DNA from: Akkermansiaceae bacterium
GTDB lineage: Bacteria; Verrucomicrobiota; Verrucomicrobiia; Verrucomicrobiales; Akkermansiaceae
NCBI GenBank assembly: GCA_051251915.1
Contig: JBPOGF010000002.1
Coordinates: 64,001 to 128,000 of the forward strand
Reading direction: 5' to 3'
Length of the DNA: 64,000 nt
Both the position numbers and the translations under genes were made by a program. This document shows positions 18,256-27,282 of the stretch, one piece after another. Numbering within the stretch: the first letter of the stretch is position 1; every line of letters begins with the position of its first letter. The notes under the pieces were generated by a model. The model had not been told where the DNA came from, did not search any database, and was given only the letters and a program-made list of their open reading frames with translations.

Positions 18256-21177
18256 ATGATCACATCATTTCTTTCAAAAATATTTAGTAGTAAGAACGAA
18301 CGCGAACTGGCGAAAATTCAGCCTAGGGTTAAACTCATCAACGAGATTGAACATAAGCTACAGAGCCAACCAGCTGAAGCTCTCCTTGAGTTAACTAGCA
18401 AATGGCAGCAGCATCTGGCTCGTTATCATCCATTAGAGATTGCCTCAAAATCATCACTTCAGCGGATGTCTGAAGTTGATTTGGGCGAGGTGGCAGAAAC
18501 TTTAGACAGGAGGCTGGATGATCTGCGGAAGGAGTTTTCCTCACTGCCTTCGGAAGTGGAGGCTACTCTTGAATCCATCGAAAGAGCAAAGGCTGCTTTT
18601 TATCATGTTGAGAATCATTTTGCCTCAGCGCGGGCGAAGTATTTGCTTAAGATTTTACCAGAAGCTTATGCTGTGGTGAAGAATGCGGCGCGACGTCTCT
18701 GTGGAACTGAGGTGCTCATCAGTGGTCAGGCGATGACTTGGAATATGGTTCATTTCGACGTGCAGCTTATCGGTGGGATTGCGCTGCATCAGGGGTTGAT
18801 CTCAGAAATGCAGACTGGTGAAGGGAAGACGCTTGTGGCTACATTACCCGTATTTCTCAATGCCCTGACTGGTCTTGGAGTGCATGTTGTCACCGTGAAT
18901 GAATACCTAGCGAAACGCGATTCTGAATGGATGGGGACGCTGTATGAATCATTGGGACTTAGTGTTGGTTGTCTAGAGAATAATATGGATCCAGAGTTGC
19001 GTCAGAAGGCGTATGCTTGCGACATAACCTACGGCACGAATTCGGAGTTTGGCTTCGATTACCTCCGCGATAATGGGATGGCACAAGACCGAGGAGAGCA
19101 AGCTCAGCGTGGTCATTATTTTGCTATTCTCGATGAAGTTGATTCTATTTTGATAGACGATGCACGGACTCCGCTCATTATCAGTGGTCCGGTCGAACAA
19201 TCTGTTCAGCCTTTGTTAGAGCTGAAGCCACGGGTGCAGCAGCTTGTCAAGAAGCAGACTGCACTTTGCAATCAATTGGCAGCGGATGTGAAGCAACTGC
19301 TTGCATCCGGAGATGAGCAGGCGGCAGGTATCGTGCTATTTAAGCTTAAGTTGGGGCAGCCACGGAACCGTCAGTTTAAGCGTTTCATGGAGAATCCAGA
19401 TCTAAGGAAGCTCTTGTCAAAGACTGAGCTGCAATATCAAAAAGAGAGTAGAGGGAAGAATATCTATAAGCTTAAGGAAGAGCTCTACTTCTGGGTCGAT
19501 GATAAGAACCGGCAAGCTGATCTGATGGAAAAGGGGAGGTTATTTCTGTCGCCTAAAGATCCGGATAGTTTCACGCTTCCGGATCTAGCTTCTAAATTAG
19601 CGAGGATAGATGCTGATGGATCTCTTTCTCGAGAAGAGAAGACTCGGGTTGCTCAGAGTCTCAATGAAGAGCGAAACGTGCGAGCTGCATCGATTCACGG
19701 TATTTCTCAGCTTCTTGCAGCTTACTGCCTGCATGAGCGTGATGTAGATTACGTTGTGCGTGATGGGAAAGTGACGATTGTTGACGAAAGTACAGGTCGG
19801 GAAATGGAGGGGCGTCGGTGGTCCGATGGTCTGCACCAAGCTGTAGAGGCGAAGGAGGGCGTAGAGATGGAAGCGGAGACTAAAACTTACGCTACGATTA
19901 CTATCCAGAACTACTTTCGCCTTTACGAAAAGCTAGCTGGGATGACTGGTACGGGAGAAACTGCTGCGACAGAGTTTCATTCTATTTACCAGCTCGATGT
20001 GCTGCCTATTCCTACTCACTCTCCGAATTTGCGGATTGATCGTAATGATCAGTTATTCAAAACTCTGAGAGATAAATATCAGGCCGTGATTAGAACTGTT
20101 GCAGCGGCACACGAGACTGGTCAGCCAGTGCTTATTGGTACGGCTTCTGTTGAGGCCTCTGAGACGATGTCACGGATGCTTAAGATGGCAAAGATTCCCC
20201 ACTCGGTGCTCAATGCGAAATACCATGAACAGGAAGCGGTGATCGTTGCTAACGCTGGTCAGAAAGGAGCGGTGACCGTTTCTACGAATATGGCTGGACG
20301 AGGCACAGACATCAAACTGGGAGAAGGTGTTGCGGAGCTTGGCGGACTTTTTGTTATTGCTACGGAGAGGCATGCATCGCGTAGGGTTGATCGGCAGTTG
20401 AGAGGGCGTTGTTCTCGGCAAGGTGATCCTGGCTGTTCACAATTCTTTATTTCGCTCGAAGACGATCTGATGCGTAAACATGGAAATGCGTATCAGATGG
20501 CAGCACTTATTGGACGTTCCCAACAAGGTGGCCCACCACCTATCGGGAAACTCGTAGAAACTGCACAAAACTTGGTGGAGCAAAGGGAGATGATGGGGCG
20601 TAAGCAGGTGTTAGATTACGATGATGTGATGAATCTTCAGCGAGACATCGTTTATGATTTTCGGAACAATGTGCTGGGTTCTGAGGATATTCGAGATTTG
20701 GCGCAGCAGACTATCGAGGATGTGGTGGTGCCGCGCGTGCAAGAACAACTCATGAGCTTAGATAGGAACGACCCGGATCTGGCGCAGGTTTATCATTGGG
20801 CGGGTGAGGTATTTCACATTGATACTAGCGATATTGTAAATGTCACGCCTAGCAACCTAGCAAACGATATTGCTCGACGAGTTTATGTGAGTTATCAGAA
20901 TCAGTTAGATGGGGGTACTGCGACATTACTCGAAAAGGAAGAGAAGAGAGCTCTGCTTTTCGCCATTGATGATGGGTGGCAGGAGCATTTGGCAGAAATG
21001 GATGAGCTGCGTGATGCTGTCTTTCTGCGGAGCCAAAGCCAGAAGGATCCGCTTGTGGAATATAAGGTCGAAGCCTATCGGCTTTTTGGTGATCTTATGG
21101 ATAGGATCAAACAAAATGCTGTTGCTAATCTCTTTCACATAGCAACAAGTATCAGTGCTATGAAAGGGAAAGGATAG
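18256..21177 (+). CDS. secA: Preprotein translocase ATPase SecA, lacking the C-terminal Zn-finger tail (probable paralog)
   Basis: MQTGEGKT, VTVNEYLAKRD, DEVDSILID, RRWSDGLHQAVEAKE, STNMAGRGTDI, QLRGRCSRQGDPG, QKDPLVEYK. Confidence 0.95.
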   Translation: MITSFLSKIFSSKNERELAKIQPRVKLINEIEHKLQSQPAEALLELTSKWQQHLARYHPLEIASKSSLQRMSEVDLGEVAETLDRRLDDLRKEFSSLPSEVEATLESIERAKAAFYHVENHFASARAKYLLKILPEAYAVVKNAARRLCGTEVLISGQAMTWNMVHFDVQLIGGIALHQGLISEMQTGEGKTLVATLPVFLNALTGLGVHVVTVNEYLAKRDSEWMGTLYESLGLSVGCLENNMDPELRQKAYACDITYGTNSEFGFDYLRDNGMAQDRGEQAQRGHYFAILDEVDSILIDDARTPLIISGPVEQSVQPLLELKPRVQQLVKKQTALCNQLAADVKQLLASGDEQAAGIVLFKLKLGQPRNRQFKRFMENPDLRKLLSKTELQYQKESRGKNIYKLKEELYFWVDDKNRQADLMEKGRLFLSPKDPDSFTLPDLASKLARIDADGSLSREEKTRVAQSLNEERNVRAASIHGISQLLAAYCLHERDVDYVVRDGKVTIVDESTGREMEGRRWSDGLHQAVEAKEGVEMEAETKTYATITIQNYFRLYEKLAGMTGTGETAATEFHSIYQLDVLPIPTHSPNLRIDRNDQLFKTLRDKYQAVIRTVAAAHETGQPVLIGTASVEASETMSRMLKMAKIPHSVLNAKYHEQEAVIVANAGQKGAVTVSTNMAGRGTDIKLGEGVAELGGLFVIATERHASRRVDRQLRGRCSRQGDPGCSQFFISLEDDLMRKHGNAYQMAALIGRSQQGGPPPIGKLVETAQNLVEQREMMGRKQVLDYDDVMNLQRDIVYDFRNNVLGSEDIRDLAQQTIEDVVVPRVQEQLMSLDRNDPDLAQVYHWAGEVFHIDTSDIVNVTPSNLANDIARRVYVSYQNQLDGGTATLLEKEEKRALLFAIDDGWQEHLAEMDELRDAVFLRSQSQKDPLVEYKVEAYRLFGDLMDRIKQNAVANLFHIATSISAMKGKG

Positions 21178-21191
21178 AGGTTGAGGATCAA

Positions 21192-21218
21192 GGGGGAGTC
21201 AGAGCAATCTGCTCCCTT
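21192..21218. terminator. Hairpin between convergent secA and the GntR-type gene
   Basis: gggag-tc-aga-GCAA-tct-g-ctccc stem-loop; no clear U-tract. Confidence 0.45.
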
Positions 21219-21242
21219 GCGATTTCCGATCTAGGGCATCGA

Positions 21243-22352
21243 TCACTTGGTTTCATTCAAGAAGACTCTTTTAGGTGCTGGACCTAGTGTCTGGCCTGCT
21301 ATTAGCTCTGCCCCCAAAAACTTGTGTGAACCCTCTGGAAATCCATTACTCATCCATTCGCGGAAGTGTCTAAAGGCTTCATTCTTTGGGGTTCTGTATC
21401 TGGTAGGAATGGGGTTCAGCCATTCTAGAAATTCAGCATCCTCCATCACAACCATCGAGATGTCGGTTGGTATCTGGACTCCCGCAGAGAGGCAGATATT
21501 GTGTAGACAAATCGCCTGAAAGACACTGTCTGTCAGCACTAGAGTCGGGCGCTCAATACGGAGCATCGTTTCCCACCAGTTGTACCAATCGGATGGGTTG
21601 CATAGATCGGGAATCTTGATGGAAAAATCAATTTCCTCTCCTCCCCAGTCCTTGCTTAATGTGGGTTCAGTGACTCGTTGGATAGATTTCCTCATATCCT
21701 GCTCTCTAGTGGCTCGAGCGAGTACTAGCTGAATCCGCCGATGACCTAGTTTGAGAGCTTCATTTAATAAATTGTCGATACAACGGACAATGGCAAAACC
21801 AGTACCAGAGAGGATACCGTTATTCTGCCTCACGCTTCCTCCCGTAGCGTAGCAAGGCAGTCCCATGTTCTCAGTTGGTTTAATCCATTGCTTTGGGATG
21901 GTTTCAAATAATAGGCAATTGGGGTTGAATTTGTTGACCCAATTTTTTAGTTGATAACTTGGCTTCTGGGCTCGGCTCAGATCACTTTCTACGTAGCTCA
22001 CCGTGCCACCTTCTTCTTTCCAGTGGTCTTCTATCTGTAATAGCATCTCCTTATCCAATGGCGTTGGTGGGTGCCGGCTGTCTATGATGATGAGTAAATT
22101 CTGTTTTGCCCAATGTTGCTTTTTAGCCACACCTCTAAGTATGGCCCTCATCTTCCCCGGCTCAGCTTGGCTTATCAATTTATTTGCTACAAGACTTCTT
22201 AACGCTTTCTCACAGGTGGTGCGACTGACATTGTAGCGTTGTGCCAGCACGCGGTAGCCAGGCAATTGCTTGGTCCAGACTCCAGCCGCAATATCTCTGG
22301 AGATAGCCTGCACTAGTTGCTCTGTAAGGGATTTTCGCTTTAGTTCTGACAT
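21243..22352 (-). CDS. GntR-type wHTH regulator with periplasmic-binding-protein-like (LacI-like) effector domain
   Basis: LPGYRVLAQRYNVSRTT.EKAL..L HTH; LGHRRI and G.QIP.DIS.V motifs of sugar-binding domains. Confidence 0.8.
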   Translation of the reverse strand: MSELKRKSLTEQLVQAISRDIAAGVWTKQLPGYRVLAQRYNVSRTTCEKALRSLVANKLISQAEPGKMRAILRGVAKKQHWAKQNLLIIIDSRHPPTPLDKEMLLQIEDHWKEEGGTVSYVESDLSRAQKPSYQLKNWVNKFNPNCLLFETIPKQWIKPTENMGLPCYATGGSVRQNNGILSGTGFAIVRCIDNLLNEALKLGHRRIQLVLARATREQDMRKSIQRVTEPTLSKDWGGEEIDFSIKIPDLCNPSDWYNWWETMLRIERPTLVLTDSVFQAICLHNICLSAGVQIPTDISMVVMEDAEFLEWLNPIPTRYRTPKNEAFRHFREWMSNGFPEGSHKFLGAELIAGQTLGPAPKRVFLNETK

Positions 22353-22500
22353 ATGGAAATTTTAAGAGTTTAGTCGCCAGAGTCAAGCTGTACTGAGTCT
22401 GTCTAGGTCTCAGTGAAAGGTGATTACTAAATGTCGACAGCTTAATGAGAAGTTTTAGCCTGTAACTAGTTCCTAAAATGAACTTTAAAAAAATAAAACT

Positions 22501-22542
22501 ATACTATGAAAAATAATACTATGAAAAATAATACGATGAAAA
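22501..22542 (+). repeat. 15-bp tandem repeat spanning the start codon
   Basis: atactatgaaaaata x2 plus partial atacgatgaaaa, giving MKNNT-MKNNT-MKT. Confidence 0.9.
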
Positions 22543-23411
22543 CTCTAGTAGGCATGAGTCTACTAATGGGTGGCTTAGGCATGCATGCAAATGCAGCGAT
22601 AGTCTATGAGGGATTTGATTTCACCGGCGATATCGTTGGTGGTGGATCTGGCAATGGTTGGGATGGAGACTGGTTAGGAGACGATGACAATGCAGCTGGA
22701 ACCCCAGCAGTAGGAGCTGGTCTCACATACACAGGACTTACTACTACAGGAGGCTCATACTCCCGTCCTGCTAGAAATGGTGTGGCTCAGTCTAGCCGAG
22801 TTCTTAGTACCACTTCACAAACTGCGCTAACTATGAATGGCACAACCGTTTACTTTAGCGTTCTGATGGATTCTAATAATGGAGGAAATGGCTTTGCTAC
22901 TAACTCCAACGGGGCACTCGTATTTGGCGATACAGCTTTTACTTTAGATAACCCAGGGACAACTCCTCCTACTATAGGGACTGGGGGTAATGCTTTGGGA
23001 GTAACCTTTGAGGGGCCTGATGGTATTTATGATAATGTCAATGCGCATGCAATAACTTATGTAAATGGTACTCGAACCTTAAGTGGGACAAACGACAATA
23101 TTGGAGACGATACGGTAATGATTGTGGGTAGAATTGATTGGGCTGCAAACGGATCAGATGATACGCTAAGTCTTTACAATGTCACCGATACTACTGCTGC
23201 ATTAGGAACGGCTTTCGCGACGATGACTGCTGATTTGGATCAGTCTACTTTCAACATGATCGCTATTGGTCAGGGACAAACAGAAGTATTCGATGAAATT
23301 CGTTTTGATACTACACTTGCAGGAGTAGGGATATCCCCAATTCCAGAGCCTTCCAGCACAGCTTTGCTCGGCCTAGGTGGTATTGCACTTCTCTTACGTC
23401 GCCGTAAGTAA
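22506..23411 (+). CDS. PEP-CTERM sorting-domain surface protein
   Basis: Signal peptide (..HANA); YEGFD start, FDEIRF end; IPEPSSTALLGLGGIALLLRRRK. Confidence 0.92.
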   Translation: MKNNTMKNNTMKTLVGMSLLMGGLGMHANAAIVYEGFDFTGDIVGGGSGNGWDGDWLGDDDNAAGTPAVGAGLTYTGLTTTGGSYSRPARNGVAQSSRVLSTTSQTALTMNGTTVYFSVLMDSNNGGNGFATNSNGALVFGDTAFTLDNPGTTPPTIGTGGNALGVTFEGPDGIYDNVNAHAITYVNGTRTLSGTNDNIGDDTVMIVGRIDWAANGSDDTLSLYNVTDTTAALGTAFATMTADLDQSTFNMIAIGQGQTEVFDEIRFDTTLAGVGISPIPEPSSTALLGLGGIALLLRRRK

Positions 23412-23423
23412 ATCTTAAGCTAT

Positions 23424-23470
23424 ACTGTGAGGTTTGTTCTTTGCTGACGAATCTCACGGTATATTTTTTT
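23424..23470 (+). terminator. Rho-independent terminator
   Basis: actgtgaggtttgt / acgaatctcacggt stem (with G-U pairs) followed by a T-run. Confidence 0.65.
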
Positions 23471-23757
23471 GATTTTCAGAAATCAAAAATAGTTCCTTTT
23501 AGTGGAGTGAATCAGAGTAATTTCCTATAGTCTGTATCCTTTTGGTCTCATCGCTACTTGTTCGTTAACTACCAGCTTGACCTAAGCTGCCCGAATAAAA
23601 AATTGCCACTTGTGCCTAACTTTTGCCCAAGGAGGTAAAATAGGTGAGCGACATGACTTTAATCTGGGACGAGTTGGCGCCCGTGGAAGGATGTGATGAG
23701 GAGGTATTGGGTTGTGCTGGCTGTGGATGGAGTGGTGTTGGGGAGGTGGGGGATGGG

Positions 23758-25263
23758 TTAGTTAGTGGGTTTCCAGAGGGGAATGTTGTTTTCTTTTTGG
23801 GCTTTTTTGTAGCGTTCGATGAGTGGGTAGGTGTCTTGTCTGCGCTTGGTGGTTAGGCCTTCGTTGGTCATTAGGGGTAAGGTTTTGTTCCACCAGGTGT
23901 CGTAAGATTTGCGGAGTTCTGCGATGACTTCTGGGTGCTGGGCTGAGACGTCTGTGGTTTCGCTGGGATCGGTGGTGATGTCGTAGAGTTCGGAGTTGTT
24001 GACGAAGCGCCAGCGGTTGGTGCGGACGGCGCAGTTGGTGAATTTGGCGCTGGCTGCGGCATTGGCTTCCCAGCGGCCTACGTGGACGAAGATGTGGCGG
24101 TCAGGCCATTCTGATTTGGGTTCTGTTAGGAGTGGGATGAGGGAGCGGCCGTCGAGTTCTTGCATTTTTTCGGGGAGTTTGGCTCCGGCTAGTTGGCAGA
24201 AGGTTTGGTAGACGTCGATATGGGCGGTGAGGGCATTTATGTCTTTGCCTTGTGGGAGGATGCCTTTCCAATACCAGAATGAGGGGACGCGGGTGCCGCC
24301 TTCGTAGGGGGTGCATTTTTTGCCACGGAGGCCTGCGGTGTAGAAGGGTTCTACTATGCCGTTTTTCTTGCCTTCTATGTGGCTCATTCCGTTATCGGTC
24401 ATGAAGATGACTAGGGTGTTATCTAGTGCTCCCCAGGCTTCTAGTTTTTCCATCATGCGACCGAAGTTTTCGTCGATGTTTTCGATCATTCCGAAGCGTC
24501 CTGCGGGTCCTTTGTATCTGTCTTCTGACCAACCCATGTCGGTGAAGCGTTTGGTGTATTTTTGTGGTGCGATGTTTGGGCTGTGTGGTGCGTTGGTGGA
24601 GATGTAGGCGAAGTAGGGTTGCTTGGCGTCGTGTTGTTTCTTGATCCAGCTTAGTCCGGCGTCGAAGAAGAGGTCAGTGCAGTAGCCTTCAGTTTTGACG
24701 ATGCGGTTGTTGTGTAGGAGGGTGGAGTTGTAGTAGGTGTTTTTGCCATTTGAGGGGAAGTCACCCCAGACGGTTTGTCCTACTCCTCCGGCTCCGTGGA
24801 TGAGTGACTCGGTGAATCCTCGGTTGTGGGGGAGGTATGGTTCATCGTCACCGAGGTGCCATTTGCCGAAGATTCCTGTGGCGTATCCTGCTGACTGGAG
24901 GGCTTGTGGGAGGGTGTAGGTGCTGAGGTCCATGCGCTCACGCAACATGATGGTGTGGGTGATGCCGACGCGGAACTCGTGGCGGCCGCTCATGAGGGCC
25001 GCGCGGGTGGGTGTGCATGCGGGGCTGACTTGGAAGTCTGTGAAGCGGGTGGATTGTTGGTAAAACTTGTCGATGTTTGGGGTTTTGAGGATGGGGTTTC
25101 CTAGGCATGATAGGTCGCCCATGCCTTGGTCATCGGTGAGGACGAAGATGATGTTGGGGCGGGTGCCTTCTAGAGGTTTTGGGGCTGCTGGAGCGGTGGT
25201 GGATGCTAGGAAACAGAGGGTGATGGCACGGATGGTGGATTTTAATGTAACTGGAGATTTCAT
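23758..25263 (-). CDS. S1 arylsulfatase, paralog of 16064-17533
   Basis: Start reassigned to MKSPVT (25263), which gives a signal peptide; PNIIFVLTDDQG, SPACTPTRAALMSG, GKWHLG. Confidence 0.93.
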   Translation of the reverse strand: MKSPVTLKSTIRAITLCFLASTTAPAAPKPLEGTRPNIIFVLTDDQGMGDLSCLGNPILKTPNIDKFYQQSTRFTDFQVSPACTPTRAALMSGRHEFRVGITHTIMLRERMDLSTYTLPQALQSAGYATGIFGKWHLGDDEPYLPHNRGFTESLIHGAGGVGQTVWGDFPSNGKNTYYNSTLLHNNRIVKTEGYCTDLFFDAGLSWIKKQHDAKQPYFAYISTNAPHSPNIAPQKYTKRFTDMGWSEDRYKGPAGRFGMIENIDENFGRMMEKLEAWGALDNTLVIFMTDNGMSHIEGKKNGIVEPFYTAGLRGKKCTPYEGGTRVPSFWYWKGILPQGKDINALTAHIDVYQTFCQLAGAKLPEKMQELDGRSLIPLLTEPKSEWPDRHIFVHVGRWEANAAASAKFTNCAVRTNRWRFVNNSELYDITTDPSETTDVSAQHPEVIAELRKSYDTWWNKTLPLMTNEGLTTKRRQDTYPLIERYKKAQKENNIPLWKPTN

Positions 25264-25618
25264 GTTGGTGCTTTTTGTTTTGGAAAGTATTGATGTTGGT
25301 TCGTTGAGAATCGGGCATTGTTGAAACGAATCAAGGCAATAATTTATGACACCCCTAAACCGGGTAGGTGGTCTGAGTGGCTCTGGTGAAAGGGAGAAAA
25401 AAGAGGTAAGTTTTCGCAAGAAAAGTCCGTGGGTATCGTATTTAGTAAGAATAACTGGAGTGATCGCTAGAATGATGATGAAATTTTCTCGCCCTCGAAG
25501 GCCAGTTTCTTTAGTGTAGAACACCTCATCACGGATGAAAGTAACGATCAGTAATTTACCTAAATAGAGATGGCGCCGAATGCGTCTAAGTAACTATCAA
25601 CACCGACAATTTAAAATA

Positions 25619-27145
25619 ATGAAAAACCTTATCACTTTATGCTTAACTATGGTCACGACAGTGGCATGGGCTGCCGACAAACCTAATGTTGTTATTATCT
25701 ATGGGGATGATGTGGGGCAGGGTGATGTGGGTGTTTATGGGTCTAAGATGATCCCGACGCCGAATATTGATCGGTTGGCGAGTGGGGGATTGGTTTTTAC
25801 TGATGGGCATTGTACGGCGGCTACTTGTACTCCTTCGCGGTATTCGATGCTGACTGGGGTTCATGGGTTCCGTAATAAGGTGGGGATATTACCTCCGAAT
25901 GCTCCGTTGAGTATAGCGACCGATATTTTGACATTGCCGAAGCTTTTTCAGAAGGCTGGGTATAAGACTGGGGTTGTTGGGAAATGGCATCTTGGGATAG
26001 GGAAGAAGGGTGTGGATACTGATTGGAATGGGAAGGTGTTTCCTGGGCCGTTGGAGATAGGATTTGATAGTTCATTTTTGTTGCCATCGACGAATGATCG
26101 GGTGCCTTGTGTTTATCTGGACGGGCATTATGTGTTGAATTTGGATCCTAAGGATCCTTTGTTTGTGGGGAATTCGCCTAAGGCGGTGAACCGACCTGGG
26201 AGTACGGAGTATCCGGATGCGAAGAAGGATAAGGCGTCGATGACTTATTATCAGAGCACGCATGGGCATAATAATAGTGTGATCAATGGTATTGGTCGGA
26301 TAGGTTATATGGCTGGCGGGAAGGCTGCGTTGTGGGATGATGAGACGATGGCTGATGTGTTTGTGGAGCAGGCTAGGGAGTTTATTACTGAGAATAAGGC
26401 TGCGCCATTTTTCTTGTATTTTGCTTCACAGGATATCCATGTGCCGCGTGCGCCGCATGAGCGATTTAAGGGGAAGACGGAGCTTGGTTTTAGGGGGGAT
26501 GCGATGGTGCAGTTTGACTGGGTGACTGGTGAGATTATGAAGTCGTTGGATGAGAATGGGCTTACTGAGAATACGATTGTGATTTTTTCTAGTGATAATG
26601 GGCCGGTTTATGATGATGGGTATGATGATGGGACGAAGGTGAAGAAATCTCTGAAGGAAGTGGACCGTGGTCATGATGGATCAGGGATTTATCGTGGTGG
26701 GAAGTATCAGATTTATGAGGGAGGGACTAGGGTTCCGTTTATTGTGAGGTGGCCGGCTAAGATTAAGCCTGGGACGTCTGCGGCGGTGGTGAGTCATATT
26801 GATTTTATTGCTTCGTTTGCAGAGATGCTGGGTCTGGAGCTTCCGGAGGGTGAGGCACGTGATAGCCGTAATAATTTGGATGCGCTGTTGGGTAATGATG
26901 CTAAGGGACAGGAGTATATGATAGAGGAGTCTTTTGGGTTGGCGTTGCGCAATGGTGACTGGAAATTTATTGAGCTGACGAAGCCGAACTGGGGGAATAA
27001 GAAGGGGATTCCTAAGTCGTTGTATAATTTGAAAGATGATCCTGGTGAGACTAAGAATGTGATTGCTGAGCATCCGGAGCGTGCAGCTGCGATGGAGGCG
27101 AAGTTGAAGGCGATGCGGAAGGCTGATGGGATTCGTGGTGAGTAG
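25619..27145 (+). CDS. S1 arylsulfatase
   Basis: Start at MKNLIT with signal peptide; PNVVIIYGDD, CTPSRYSMLTG, GKWHLG, SDNG. Confidence 0.95.
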   Translation: MKNLITLCLTMVTTVAWAADKPNVVIIYGDDVGQGDVGVYGSKMIPTPNIDRLASGGLVFTDGHCTAATCTPSRYSMLTGVHGFRNKVGILPPNAPLSIATDILTLPKLFQKAGYKTGVVGKWHLGIGKKGVDTDWNGKVFPGPLEIGFDSSFLLPSTNDRVPCVYLDGHYVLNLDPKDPLFVGNSPKAVNRPGSTEYPDAKKDKASMTYYQSTHGHNNSVINGIGRIGYMAGGKAALWDDETMADVFVEQAREFITENKAAPFFLYFASQDIHVPRAPHERFKGKTELGFRGDAMVQFDWVTGEIMKSLDENGLTENTIVIFSSDNGPVYDDGYDDGTKVKKSLKEVDRGHDGSGIYRGGKYQIYEGGTRVPFIVRWPAKIKPGTSAAVVSHIDFIASFAEMLGLELPEGEARDSRNNLDALLGNDAKGQEYMIEESFGLALRNGDWKFIELTKPNWGNKKGIPKSLYNLKDDPGETKNVIAEHPERAAAMEAKLKAMRKADGIRGE

Positions 27146-27282
27146 TGGAGATTTGCAGCAAGCGTGCAGGAGCAGGAAGCGAGAAGCGGGGAGCCGCAGG
27201 CGGATTTCTGGACTGTTGGGTGAGAAGGGGTTGTTAGGGAATTTATAAGGTTAGGGTTATTTAAATAAACGAATTAAGAGAT

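Noticed and set aside
119..23411. Repeated PEPSSTALLGL-coding DNA as a mobile repeat or array
   Set aside because: Explained by the conserved PEP-CTERM sorting signal; codons differ between copies
25264..25524. 87-aa N-terminal extension of the 588-aa sulfatase ORF
   Set aside because: A signal peptide begins at Met 25263 and the paralog lacks the extension; the stretch is a divergent promoter region
25264..25618. Long intergenic region as a possible riboswitch or ncRNA
   Set aside because: No recognisable aptamer consensus or convincing stems by eye; an Rfam/Infernal search would be needed
27150..27215. GC- and purine-rich intergenic stretch resembling a REP or MITE fragment
   Set aside because: Single copy in the window and no clear terminal inverted repeats
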